The notes: generated from the sequence alone by a model not told the origin. Positions 25,976 through 38,713 are shown, counted from the first letter of the whole stretch. The stretch: DNA of 51,515 bases, filler included, from Sphacelaria rigidula (GCA_964200075.2; 4 parts of 4 records of this genome joined end to end with filler, not necessarily neighbours in it); one strand, 5' to 3'. Program-made: numbers and translations.

Positions 25976-26061
25976 CACGCGTCACCAGAGCCGGGCCACT
26001 CCAGAGACAAGTCGATAACCCTGATGTAGCAAGCGCACGGGAACTCCACGGAGGATATTGC

Positions 26062-27324
26062 GTGCGGGCTCAGACAGATAAAAACCTTACAGTGGAACAG
26101 GCCGGTACTCCCCAGGTTTGGAATAGATCGTTACTGCTCCCTGACCACCCCGCGTGCAGTACGTTAGAACTCATTTCCGATGAAGCGTTGCCGTCTGTAG
26201 GTACAGAGACTTCGCCGACTCGTGGACGTTCGCATCCTAGTCATAAAGGCACCTCAATCGCGTGTTCGTCACCAGGCAAACAAAGTGTTACGCAAGACGA
26301 ATCGTCTCCTAACTCGCCCACGTTGGCCCCTTCAATAGGCGCCGGGCTGAACAGCACAGCTTTACCAACCCCGGGTCCTGACGAATCGTCTCCGAAACCT
26401 CCCATGTTGGCCCCAACTAGTGATGGTATTAAGTTGATTGACGTATCAAACTCAACACCGCGCCCCGATGAATCGTCCCCTGTTCCGACCAAGCTGGATA
26501 ATGTAATTGATCCCGCTTTGTACATTGACGATTTACCCTCTCTGTTGGCCAATAAGGGTGGAACACCACGCACAGATCAGTTGTCGGGTTCAACCACGAC
26601 AACTGCCCTTCCCCGGCACCGCCCCTCCTTTGCAGTGTATGAGATTCAACCCTCGACTGATGAGATAAATATTCCAGGCACAAACACTAACACTCCATGC
26701 ACGCACCATCCTTCCGACCAAAAGCTTGTCCCACAGGATCATCAACGGGTGTATTGTAGCACCTTCGTTCAAACCGCTAAGCAGGATGTGTCAGATGTCA
26801 TTCCCGAATTCGGGCTCGATCTCGTCAGTGGTACTGTCACTCTGGATGATGCTTCTTTCACGACCAAAATAGGTTTACATAGTGGAGCGCGTGCAAACTG
26901 TCATTTGATAGCTCTGGCACTACCAGACTCTGGTTCGCCTTAAAGGCTCATCACAGCCAGCTGCTGGCAACAGATGATCAACGCGGGCGCGACGGATGAG
27001 CATTGTCTGTCCACCGTGCACCCCCGTGTTTTCGGTGGCTTTGGTTCCTCCACATTTCCTACGGTCAATCAATCGGTTAGACCAAGTGTACAATTCTACC
27101 AGGATACTACTCCCACTGCTCGGTTGTGCGTATTGGCACAAATTGTGCCCGACGGCTCCATGTCTTTTGATGTTGTGTTGGGTCGAGATAGTTGGCTTCG
27201 TGTTTCCACACATACGTATGCGACGGACACACCTGTCCCGAACCGTCCAGTCACAGGCAAACTGTCTCTGGGTCACTTCGACACTGATTCGGAAGCTCAT
27301 GCATATGAGGATGACCCCACGTAA
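26062..27324 (+). pseudogene. Gag-pol linker and aspartic protease, disrupted
   Basis: GLHSGA (decayed LDSGA) near 26875 and FDVVLGRDSW near 27165-27195. In-frame stops. Three DESSP repeats at 26295-26480. Confidence 0.75.
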
Positions 27325-27399
27325 ACAGGTGATGCTTTCCGTCTGTACTATGTTGGTGAACCTGTAGTCTCGCTTTCCCGTGAACTCCAACTAATACAA

Positions 27400-29454
27400 G
27401 TGAACCTCGTGAGGCGCAATGGATCGCCCGCCCTCACAGGACATTATTTGGTCGAGTTGCTCAAACCTGACCAAGCACAGGTTGGTCCGTTTGAACAAAC
27501 CGAAGTCTTTGTCCATGAAAGTAGGCAGGCCATTTACCTCACGTCCCCTGCATGTTCCGATATGCTCAACGATCAGTTGTTGGGTTATGCTCAAGCGCCT
27601 CCCATTCAAACTGCCCTGTCAGATGTGTGCCCCCCGGCGAACAGCAACTCGCCGACCGATCCCCCGAAATCCACGGTTCCCCCTCCGCTACACATGCCTG
27701 ATCCCATGGTGGTGACAAATCCACCGGATGCGCCCGACCCTCAACCCCCAACTGCATTACTGGATAGATTTTCTCCAAAACAACGCGCCAGTTTTCAAAG
27801 GTTGTGGGATGACATTCTCCCTCACTTACGGCATATTGTTTTTGATCTATCTGGCGATGGTTGGACACCCACTGTAATCGATGGATCGAGATCAATCTTG
27901 ATCAGATACTCTGAACGGTTTTCTACTGCACCCTTGGACTTAGATCGATGTACCACGACACCGTTTAAGATCAAGATTCCTGATGGCACTCCGCCTATCG
28001 CTATGTGTCCGTACCGTACGAACCCCCTCTTAGCGGATAAGATCCAGGTAATTCTCGATGGTTACTTATCTGCCGGTTTGATTCGGCACTCGGCGTCTCC
28101 GTGGGCCTCGCCTTTAGTAGTCGTCCGTAAAAAGAATGGTAAAATCAGACTGACGGTCAATTATCAACGATTGAACGCTGTTACCAAAATAGCCCGTCTG
28201 CCACTTCCACGGATTGATGAAATTATTGACTCTCTTGGCGGGGGTAAAGTATTTTCGAACTTTGACATGCAGTCCGGCTACCACCAGCTCGTGATGGATC
28301 CCAATTCCATTGAACTGACAGCGTTTTGCACGCCATCAGGTTTGTACGAGTGGTTGGTTACACCACAAGGTGCCGCCGGAGCTCCAGGTGCGTTTCAACG
28401 TGTAATGTTCCGTGTAACTGATGGATTGCCCAAATGCCATATGTACCTTGATGATGCGGTGTGCCACGACTCCACACCGGCTGAACACGTCGAACAGTTG
28501 GCATCATTCTTCAATCGGTTTGAACAACACAACTTGAAACTCGCACCCTCCAAATCCCGCTTTGGCGCCACAAAGATTGAGTTCTTGGGTCATTGCATCG
28601 CCCCCGAAGGTCGTAGCCCAAACCTCGACAACGTCGCCGCACTCTCCGGTATGCCCATGCCACGGGACATTTCTCAACTGCGTTCCTTCTTGGGAGGTCT
28701 GAGCTACTACAGACAGTACTTGCCAAACCTTGCCCAAAAGCTAAACCCCCTCACCACCCTCCTCAAAAAAAGGGTGAAATTTGTGTTCACATCGGGCATA
28801 AAAAAACCCGTCTGCGGCCTCCTTGACACCCTTACGCGCCCGCCGATTCTCGTCCTCACCGACTGGTCGGCCGCGGAACAGGGTTCCCGCCCTTTCCGGC
28901 TCCACACAGATTCTTCCAAAATTGGGTTTGGTTGCACAATAGAACAGGAGCAAGTCGATGCTACTGTTCGTCCCATTGTCTACCTGAGTCGCACCACTTT
29001 TCCGAATGAACAGAATCGGTTTGTCATGGAACAGTAGGCCGGCGCAGTTGTTTGGGGCGTGCGACGTCTGCGTCAGTATTTGTATGACATCCCGTTTTTG
29101 ATTTATACCGATCACAAGTCGTTGGAAAGCCTTGCCAAAATGGCGGAACACAACGCTAGGGTTCAACGCTGGTTCGAAATCCTGTCGTCTTACCGCTCCC
29201 AACTGAAGTACCGCACAGGTCCCCAGAATGCAAGCGCCGACGTTCTGTCACGCTTGCCCACACCAGCTCAACCTATCGATGAATCCACCATGGGACGTAT
29301 CACCGATCCCACCGAAGACATTGTATATTTCATAAGCAGGAATGGACATAGAGGTCTCTACACACCACGTTCACTGAGTGAAACGCCGGCTTCAGGCATG
29401 GGTGGGCTGATGACCACAGCCCACGCATCAGCTCTAGGCAGCTTGCAACCTTGA
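27400..29454 (+). pseudogene. Reverse transcriptase-RNase H (Ty3/Gypsy)
   Basis: SPWASPLVVVRKKNGKIRL, FDMQSGYHQ, TAFCTP, YLDD, IEFLGH, LRSFLG, LHTDSS, YTDHKSL, NASADVLSR. In-frame TAG at 29035-29037. Confidence 0.95.
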
Positions 29455-29989
29455 TCGTTGTGCTCAGTTTGGAATGGACTGTCTATGAATACTGTTGGCT
29501 ATGATCATTTTCGTGCAACTGGCCAGCGCATGGTTTTCGCAGCAGGTGTAGAACCGTCTTTTACTGACTCCGTCTTACCAGTTCAAGTTTGAGATTTGAT
29601 TTCGAGTAGGACTCGTGGACGGCGAACCGCCGAAACGGCCACCAAATTAGCCGTATCTGGTCCTGACCTTCCCCTCCCTGCTCCCACCCCGGTCCCCGAT
29701 AGCTTCCTTGCACAACCGCAGCCTCCGAGAGGCAAGGCCCCCCGAAAATCGACCCCGACCGTGCCGCCCCTGCCAACCATAGCCGAAACCACGGCTGTGC
29801 CCCCCTCCCTTGGTGATGATATTGCAAACACCACCACAAACACCCTCCACGCTAATCGACGCAGGAGTATACGTTAACGTCCCGTCTGAGAGTGCACCAA
29901 CTGGTAGGCTCACCCTTGATCCCGAAATCACCGCTTCGTGCCAACCCCGCCCCGAACCGATCCCACACGAAGTCGATGCTTCAACAGAT

Positions 29990-31440
29990 GGTGTATTCAA
30001 GGAACGTTTGACTCTCTTCTCTCACGCCGATTGGGCCCGGGGACAACAGGCAGAACCTGCTTGTAAATCAGCTATCCATTATCTATCGAAAGGTTGCCCA
30101 TGTCCGTTCTCAGAAACCGAATTCCTTTTGCCAGTCGGGAATCTCAAAGCGCCCACACAGGATAAAGTTACTGAACTTTCCAGGAAAGGTATGCTACATA
30201 CGGATGATGATGGTATAGTTCTGTTAGTTCGCCGGCCACCAGCAGCCCTCTCCAGGGGGAAGCCTACAAGTCGACATGCCCGCTTGCTACGTGATGAACC
30301 CATCCGCATCTATGTCCCGATGCTCCTGCGCCCATGGGTTCTACATGAATGCCATTCACAGGCATCGACTCATTTAGGCGCCATTAGGACCTCCCAGATG
30401 TTGGAACGTTTTTATTGGTGGATTTGTATGGATCAGTGTTGTCGTTGGTGGGTGAGGCGTTGTCTTTTATCTCAGGCGCGAAAAACTTCTCGTCAAACAG
30501 TTCGTTGCCCGATTGTTTCCATGCCACTCCCAAACGGGCCTGGTAAAGTAGTGTCGTGGGACCATTTTGGTCCTTTGCCCCTGACGGATAGTGGAAATAG
30601 GTACATTTTGTTGTTTACGGATAGATTTAGTCGACATACGGTGATGCACGCCGTCCCCCCAGTAGTGATACCGCAGAAGGTACCGCCAACATTCTTGTCT
30701 ACATGTACATCCTACTGTGGGGTGTGCCCAAACGCTTACTGTCTGACAACGGCCCGCGTTTTTCAGGCAAACTTTCAGCTGCCGTCAGTGATCTTTTGGG
30801 TGCCCATCGCACTTTCACTAGTTCACATCACCCCTCCACCAATGGTGGAACGGAACGAGTGAACCATACGATGGCACAGATGCTTACTGCTGTAGCAAAT
30901 GAGATACAGATGGACTAGGATCTACATCTACCCCTTGTCCAGATGAACTACAACAATTCAGCCAATATCGCTAAGGGATTGTCGCCGAATGAAATTCGTA
31001 TTGGACGCCTTGACGGTATTCGAACGCAAAAATACAGGTGGACATCAGAGTCTGGATCGTGATGTTGCAGAGTATCATTTGTCGGTTAGCAATTGTCTTC
31101 GTCTTGCATATGAAGTGGTATGAGAACAAAACCAAATCAATTTGGCCGGGGTGGCCTCGATGTTGGATGATGTGGTGCATAACCGCCCGGTGTGGAAAGT
31201 AGGCCAATGGGCATGTGTGTATAACGATGTGAAGACCACCAATCAAGGGGCTAGCTCGAAATGATCATTTTTGGATAAAGTGTTGAAGGCGAAACTACCC
31301 TTGAATTGGACTGTTCCTTGGGAAATTTTAGCTGTTGGTCCGAGCTCTACCGCACCCAACAAAAGTCCGGTGGGGCGAACCTTTGTATTTTAAATTTCCC
31401 ACAGATGAACCTGGTTTGAAACCGTAAAAATCGCGTCTCG
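29990..31440 (+). pseudogene. Integrase (HHCC, DDE core, GPY/F-like), frameshifted
   Basis: HECHSQASTHLG...FYWW, WDHFGPLP, LFTDRFS, LLSDNGPRF, HHPSTNGGTERVNH, and KAKLPLNWTVPW near 31290-31320. Confidence 0.92.
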
Positions 31441-32172
31441 ATGCTACGATGCAAACCGTGTATGCCCCCTCATGACTCCTCCGACATGCCCAATCAACTG
31501 CCGGTAGGACTTAACCAGTATGTGTTGACCAAGTATGCGATCAAAACTCCGCCGTATCATATGACGGTCGAGGATGCGGACGCACCCCTGGAACGTGTTG
31601 GGGTAGATCGGATTCCGGGTCATCAACTGGTTCGTGGTCGTGGAGGTAAGATAGCGGTAATGTATCAAACACATTGGAAGGATATCATGCGTGTTACATG
31701 GGAGCGTGAGGTTGATTTGCGTCATTTTCGTCGGGAAATATTGCTGTGCTGGGTAGGAGATACCGTCCAACACCGCCCGTTGAATCAGAGATATCGGTCG
31801 ATGCGCAAGGGAGCTGCCGCTCGGGAACTGGCACGTGAACACTCAGCGCGGTTTGTTGTGAAAGGATATAGCCTTCTTTCGCGTTCACAATACATGCAGT
31901 GCTTTCACGGGAAACGATTGCCGAACGGGGCGTATTTTTGGTATAAGGCCTCGGATTCACTGTGGTGGTTGGGTGAAATTCATTTGGTCGATCCTGCATC
32001 TGACCAGTCCTACTTTATCCGTTTCCTTGATGAGCCGAGCCCCCATAAGATTCGCTTGGATGATGCGTACTACACCGAGGAGCCGACCGCTCGGAGGGGA
32101 TCCTGGTGCCTCTAACGACACGACCAAGGCGAACCCGAAACAGCCGTTCTACGGAACACGGACACCGCTTAG
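31441..32172 (+). pseudogene. Integrase C-terminal extension: chromodomain plus Tudor/PWWP-like module
   Basis: VDRIPGHQLVRGRGGKIAVMYQTHWKDIMRVTWEREVDL (31597-31752) fits the chromodomain pattern. LPNGAYFWYKASDSLWWLGEI...YFIRFLD starts at 31918. The TAA at 32113-32115 may be a decayed CAA, with the frame continuing to TAG at 32172. Confidence 0.7.
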
Positions 32173-34573
32173 GATGCAGATGACTCATGATGCGGCATCC
32201 GAGTCTGCTTCCCTATTCACCTTGCGTAGTGTACCGCGTTCGAGTCGCTTGTCTTGCACAGTAGCGTCGTTGGAAAACCATGTGCTCCCCCCCCTCCCTC
32301 CCTTCGTTTGTGTTTCGTACTAACTAGCCCCGTGCTTGTAGTGGTTGATGTTGTGTTTTGTAATTGGTATGTGGTCTTTAGTTTTTGTATCTTGATTTTT
32401 TTTTCTGGTGTGTTTTGTTTTTGTTGCTTTGGACCTGATTTTGTGTTTCGATTTTCTTTGCCCTTGCGTCAATTGTTTTGATTTGTTTTTGTCTTCTTTT
32501 CTTCTCTTTTTGCCTTGTGCTATGTTTTCGATTTTTGTGTTCAATGGGTAATTTTCTTGGTTAATCCTGGGTTCATCTGGCAAAGTACAAGTGACGACCG
32601 TTCCATTCCTGACCCCGAGTCTGGAACCTTGAACCTCCGTCCTCCGCGCCGTGCATTCACAACCATTCCTTCTACTGGAACAGTTGCCACAAGTTATTTC
32701 TTTCTTTATTTTTTTCCCATTGTACGCACATCTTGTCTTGCTTTGTTTTTTGCATGTTTTTTTTTTTTTTATCGAAGAGTTTCCGGAGCAAGCGCTAGCC
32801 ATACCTGATTCCACGATCTGGAATATTTGCATTCTTGTTCGATCGCTCCGCACGCGAGTGCCGCCTCCCTCTTCGGGATCGGTCGTGACGTGTCCCTTTT
32901 TTTTGTGTGCGTACCACGCTGAGTTTTGTATTAACATGGGTGATAGTAGCCGAAGCCGAATGCCTGAAATGTTTACATCTCTTAATTGGAAATTTTGACT
33001 CTGCTGGCTTCATACACACGATAACCGCTCCCGTTTACAAGGACGGTTGCCACGTGTTGTTTTTCTACTTTATGTTACAGATTTTCGTTTTCGCTGTTGC
33101 CCAGCGTGCCCCTCGTTTTGTATTTATTTTCTTTTTGGTTTCTGCGTCTATGTCGGAAATTTCACCTAGAGTGTTCCAACGTTCCTGACTCTCGAATCTA
33201 GAACACTTGGCCTATTGTTTTGCGAGTCCTGCCGCATGTGACCGACCTCGTTTATAGGAGGGTCACGGGTGATGCGACGCGATGATTCATACTTTTTTGG
33301 TGATTGTTAAGTTACAACGAGGCCACCACTAGCCGCGTCGTACATAGCGGTGTTGAAGAACTGTTATTGAAGTCGCGGTGAGATCGGTTGCAAACGTCTC
33401 CTGCTACAGGACCATCAGGTATCATGATGAGGTAGATCGCTTTTTCGGGACTGTCCGTTCCGCCATGTCCATTCTCGACCGTTGGTACAGCCTACAGGCT
33501 CAGAGTCTGCCACTGGTTACTTTTTTCTGTCACTTTTACCAGTTTTTGCGTACAGTTACCCGCCCCTGAAATTGGTCGGTGGTGTTTTGTTTTTATCAGG
33601 GATTATTGGATGAAGTAACGTGACGGTACGACCGTCTGTGGGTTTTACTCCAGTTTGTGTTCGGACCAGTCTCGTTCAGTCCGAACGGGCAAATGCTGTG
33701 AGGAGTGGGCTGCGTTGGTCCTCTCTGTCCTGTATATTTGTCGTGGTTCAGACATGTGTTGGGCGATCCGCCTCGGAACTACGTAGTAGGCCCGAAGGTT
33801 GTGTATTGTCCACCACGGCCCCTTTGACCTGTACAGACACCTGACCTCACAAACCAGTCGGTTGTTTTCGTATCGTCGTGTGAAAAAAACGCAATGCTGT
33901 ACGACTGGATCATCAACCAGGCGTCCCAAGCAAGTCGTTGTTCTCACAAACATGTACCGACAATTAACTCACGTCAAACGGGTTGAATTGTCCGTATCAT
34001 TCTATTTTTATATCAGCGTATGGTTTTCGCGAGAAACTACCATTTCCGCGACGACATCGGCTGTACGTTGTTAGCTTTTGCTGATTGACTGGGACGAGTG
34101 ATTAGCATGAACTTGGTTATCGAAGTGATATAATGCCTTGGCGGGCATGCTTGTTTTTCTACCAATGACCTAAAACAAATCGGATATCCGGAGAAGAGCG
34201 AACTATTTATTCATGATATACTTATGGCAGGGTAGAATAATCGTTTTAATGATTGGTCTCTGATTTCCTGTGTTCCACCCGGAAATGCTTACGACATTCT
34301 GGAGACACTGCATTTTGTGGTATATGGTTTGATAATTGATTTCGGGTCTGTATTATTATTTTGTTTTGGATTTCCCATGACCCCGTCTGAAGAACTCACG
34401 GAACATCAGGACACCGAATCATTGTATCGGTTCGATTGTTTTTTTTCTCTTTGCTTTGTGCTTGTGTTTGTATTTTATGGGTTTTTTTTGTGTTGATCAC
34501 CCCTTCCCGTTCCCCGTACCCAAGAGGACTCGCTCTCCAAATTGAGTCTCAATTTTTTGTGGTGTGGGAGAGC

Positions 34574-36284
34574 TGTGGCTCGATGCAAGTTCGTCCCTTC
34601 TGAAAAGTGACTGCACTTGAACGACCCAGGACGGGCTACTGTGATGGTAAATGACTGTGTCTGAATTTGAACCAGTTCTTTGGGATTCGCGGAGATCCCC
34701 AGAGACGACAGGCGGGTATGAAAAGATTCTAGGCGAATGTGTACTTTGTAAAGTAGATATGTGTGTCTTGGATCTTTGATTGAGGAACCTGTAGACTGGT
34801 CTGTGCATTACGGCCGGGCAATTACGCACGTTACTCCGGGCGCTTTGATTGGCCACAGCACGGCATGTCAGGCTGATTTTGTAGTTTGATTGACTGTATC
34901 CGGTTGGCTGTATGGGGCACACACCCACCCGAGGCACGCGCCTTCATGACGGTATTATGGCAAATTGTAAGCGAGGCAGGAGGTGTCGGGAAAACTGTGG
35001 ATATAGCCCTGCTCCCCACCTCCCGCCACTTGCGAACCACAGCCAGAAACGGCTACAGTAGAACTAATCACAAGAAGGACCATCAGCTTTTCATCTGCTC
35101 TGCTCGACGTCTCACCCTCTGCCGGCAAGCCGTGACAAGCTAACAACGAGTAAGTCACGAGTGACATAATCCCTCGGTGTCAATTGGTGTTTCTTTTTTT
35201 CGAAAGAGCTCGATGCTTACTTTCAATAACAGCTGTCTGCTGTTGACGAGTGCAGTGTGCGAGTGAAACCTACTGTTTGAGATAACGAGTCGAAAACAGG
35301 ACCAGTGGATCACATATTCACCCATCTTGGGTTGTGGCTTGCTCTGCTAACGAATACTTCGACATTCATGGGGCTTCAAAGTTAGCTTGTTTCGTTCAAG
35401 CGGTAGGGTTTCTCTCTCACCGGCGGCTGTGCACGCATCCGTCGAACACAAGCTTACTTTTCTTTTTTCAAGCTCTTGTGATTTCAGTTGTTGTTTTCGC
35501 TTGATATTTGTGTACACGATCATCGGTGTAACACGCGCGGGTAATTAGACAGCTTCTTGGGCAGCTGTTTTCTCTTTTACTCGGAGTTTGACAGACATCC
35601 CGACTCAAGTTAGCTTCAAGGAGTCGATGTGTCATACAGTACCCAAGTTGGTTTCAGGCAGTGGCGACCGAACCATGAGGCGCTTCAGGTACGAGCGCAC
35701 ACGCAAGCCCTCTTTTGCTGCACAAGCATATTCCCCGCAACCTGCAGGTCGTATCGACGGTTCAAGCCAACCCACTGTGGCGGATGCGCTCTCTCTCTGG
35801 TAACGTTATACACTGCACAGAGAACGCATAGCGATTTCATGCACACTCGATCTGAAGTTCCGTGTCCTTTTTCACCCACAGGCGGTTCTCGGATAATAAA
35901 GCCGCTCACACATTCCTTGTGTAGATACGCCCCTCACGGACCCGTAGCTTTGTCAACGCCCCCCCAACCACCTGCCCCCGCAAGCGCCCCTGCTCACAGT
36001 CTGTCGATTCTGTATCAACCGAATCGACTGACATGTGTCCCAACACACGCCGATTCATGCTCGCAGGTAGGGAGTTCGCGGACTATTTCAATCGCCGCCC
36101 GCTGTACATACGACTTTTCTTGCCCAAACACGGAACGTTGAGCCACCATGCGCACCGAAGTATATCGATGCGACATGATGGACCAGGATTGAGAATGTTG
36201 TCTGTCCACGAGCATGATTGAACACGGCGAGGCGTGAGGCTCATGTTACTTGTTCACTTTCACACGGCACCAGGGTACACTACA
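34574..36284 (+). repeat. Candidate single LTR of the contig 3 element
   Basis: Preceded by GAGGAC...TTTTTTG and a decayed purine tract (GGTGTGGGAGAGC). Starts TGTGG; a candidate end is GGGTACACTACA. The 5' part is homologous to 46160-46460. The 3' boundary is tentative. Confidence 0.5.
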
Positions 36285-37337
36285 GTTTGATTGCCACCCC
36301 ACCACCACGCACTATAGTACATACTTGATCGTCCAGAAGGCCACGTACCTTTCCCGTTGAAATATTGTTCCGAATTGAAGTACAGACAACAGTACAGCAC
36401 CGTTTGAATTACAAGTGGTCCCAGCGGGTAATATCTTGCCGACGGTGAGGTGCCGTGCTGGAGCATACGTTGGTACTGCTGCACTATCTGAACGGAATCA
36501 TCTACATTGCATCGTAGATATGAACATGGCGAGGATATAGCGGGTGTAGGGTGTTCTTCGTGCAATACGAACGAATTGACGTCGGTACAGCACCATCGAC
36601 CCGACCCTCCGCTACCCCACGCGAAGATCATATGTACTGTAGTTTGCCACCGTGCATTTTGTGATCTGGTGCTTGGTACGCTGCTGTTGTACTGCACTAC
36701 ATATTTGTATTACGGTTGTGCTTGTACATTTATAGACTGTTTACCTGCACGATGATACGTCATAATCCACCCCCGACTCGGCTATTTTCAGCGAACTACG
36801 AGGTACTGTAATGAATATCGCCAGCTGCGCTGGTATTCCCTCTGGAAACACAACATCCGGTAGTTATTTTTTCCTCTGCCTCAACGTGTTCTCAAAATAA
36901 AACTGAGCGGTTTGACGTTGCTGTTCGCTGCATCCCACACGTCTATTCCTTCGTGCCATGCAGGTTTGTTCATGCGCTGTTGCGCTGGTGACAGACACTG
37001 TATGTCTGTTAATTGTGACAACCTTCATTTTCTTGTCTCTTGCTATTACAATATACTCCAACACACACACACATACGGTTTGTTATTTGCCTTCAATATA
37101 TATTTTTTCCTTTCGTCTGCGCCTGATTGAAAAGGTGGTAGACGTCATATATGTGCGGAGTGCGCGGAACTACATGTCGACCGACTGTCGACAGTACCCT
37201 GCCACTCTATCCCTTTCATTTTGTTCACTCCGCCTCAGTCCTCAACAGCTATGCTGTCTCCCACAACGAAAAGTTCACTTTTCAACCCCCGCATCCCTAC
37301 GTCAACGATCTGGCGCAATTGCGTAGGTGTACAAGCT

Positions 37338-38613
37338 ATGTCGGATATTAACCGCCCTCCGACTTCATCGGAGCACGATGTCACGAAGGACGGGTCGCTC
37401 CCTACAGACCATGGTAAACAACCGTACAAATCCACCACGCGTAGTGAGACGAGTGACAAAAATGAACCAGAACGTTGTGACGTTGATGATAGCGTTGTTG
37501 CAGGACGTATTATCAGGGACATGAGTGTGGATGAAGACAATTCTCCTCCACATGCTCACCCTGACCCCGTTGGTGCCCACTCCCCTGCACACCGACCAGC
37601 CACTCAAAGCGCTGACGGTGTTCCCACTCTTCTTTCTAAGATGGCATCGCTCCACGTGAGCCCTAATGCTACGAAAACCTTTACTGACGATAACCTCCTC
37701 ACCCCACCAGGGCGGTACCCACACAGCACTGATGCTCACCTCACAACTTGACAACCTCTTGGGAACGTTTTACAAGTTGCGGAGATTCCAAATAGCATAG
37801 AGTGGGGTAACCCAGGACGCGTTGCTTAGCTCAAAAGCCACGCCCCGCCACCTACCTGTTTATTTTTCTACTTCTGTGCGTCATTTCTCATAGGTTGGTA
37901 CAACCCCACAATTAGAAATAAACAACGATCGGTAATTCACTGTGGAAGTACGCAACAATTTATGACAACCATTTCTTTCGCTCGGCCAGGTCACACACAT
38001 CACACGTACGAATCGGCGGTGGCCACCGCGGGTTTAACCATGTGGTGTGGGTTCCCTGGATATGCTAACACTGCCTTGAAGGGTTCCAAGACAGTCGAAG
38101 CCCGTGCACTGTTGCATGACTATCAGTTGAGCAGTGACCAACTCAACGTTTTAACCCTGGATTTGATCACCCAGTTTTACATTCATCAGGTACTAATCAT
38201 ATTCAATCGAATCCCCTCCCTTCGAAGGAGAGGATGTCATGTAGTGCAGTTTCTCACGCATCAGGAGCCGAAATATCTTTTGGTACGATAGACACTGCTG
38301 CTCCGACCGTTCATCGGTGAACACAAAACTCAAAGCCACACACTCAAGCACCCCCCAACTGCTCAAGTGCCCGGCTAACCACCCTACCGAGTTCCGCAAA
38401 AACTAAGGTACCCGGTTCCCTTTCATTTGATGAGCGTGATTATTCCTTGAAGGGTCGTAACCGCAAAGAACCCATGATTTCCGTCGCTCAGCGGGTTGGA
38501 ATGGAACCCCAAGTGACAGCGACTCAGGTGGTGCGCCAAGAGCGTGACCTAGGTTCGACTGTCCAAGAACTCATTTCAATAGCTCCTGGAGCCGCCGATC
38601 CTTTCGTGCGCTA
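37338..38613 (+). pseudogene. Gag region, disrupted
   Basis: Starts MSDINRPPTSS..., followed by broken ORFs. A decayed zinc knuckle near 38360-38400 (C..KCPANHPTEF, then CGC for TGC) runs into the terminal repeat that continues at 25812. Confidence 0.55.
38450..38613 (+). repeat. Terminal direct repeat copy 2
   Basis: 164 bp, 161/164 identical to 25812-25975. Confidence 0.95.
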
Positions 38614-38713
38614 NNNNNNNNNNNNNNNNNNNNNNNNNNNNNNNNNNNNNNNNNNNNTTAATTAATTAANNNNNNNNNNNNNNNNNNNNNNNNNNNNNNN
38701 NNNNNNNNNNNNN
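38614..38713. other. Artificial contig linker
   Basis: N44-TTAATTAATTAA-N44. Confidence 0.98.

Larger units (their letters stand above)
25812..38613 (+). mobile_element. Ty3/Gypsy (chromovirus-like) LTR retrotransposon, degenerate, circularly permuted unit of 12,638 bp
   Basis: Order along the contig: gag tail, protease, RT, RNase H, integrase, chromodomain, 3' region, PPT/LTR, gag. The contig ends are a 164-bp direct repeat. Confidence 0.9.
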
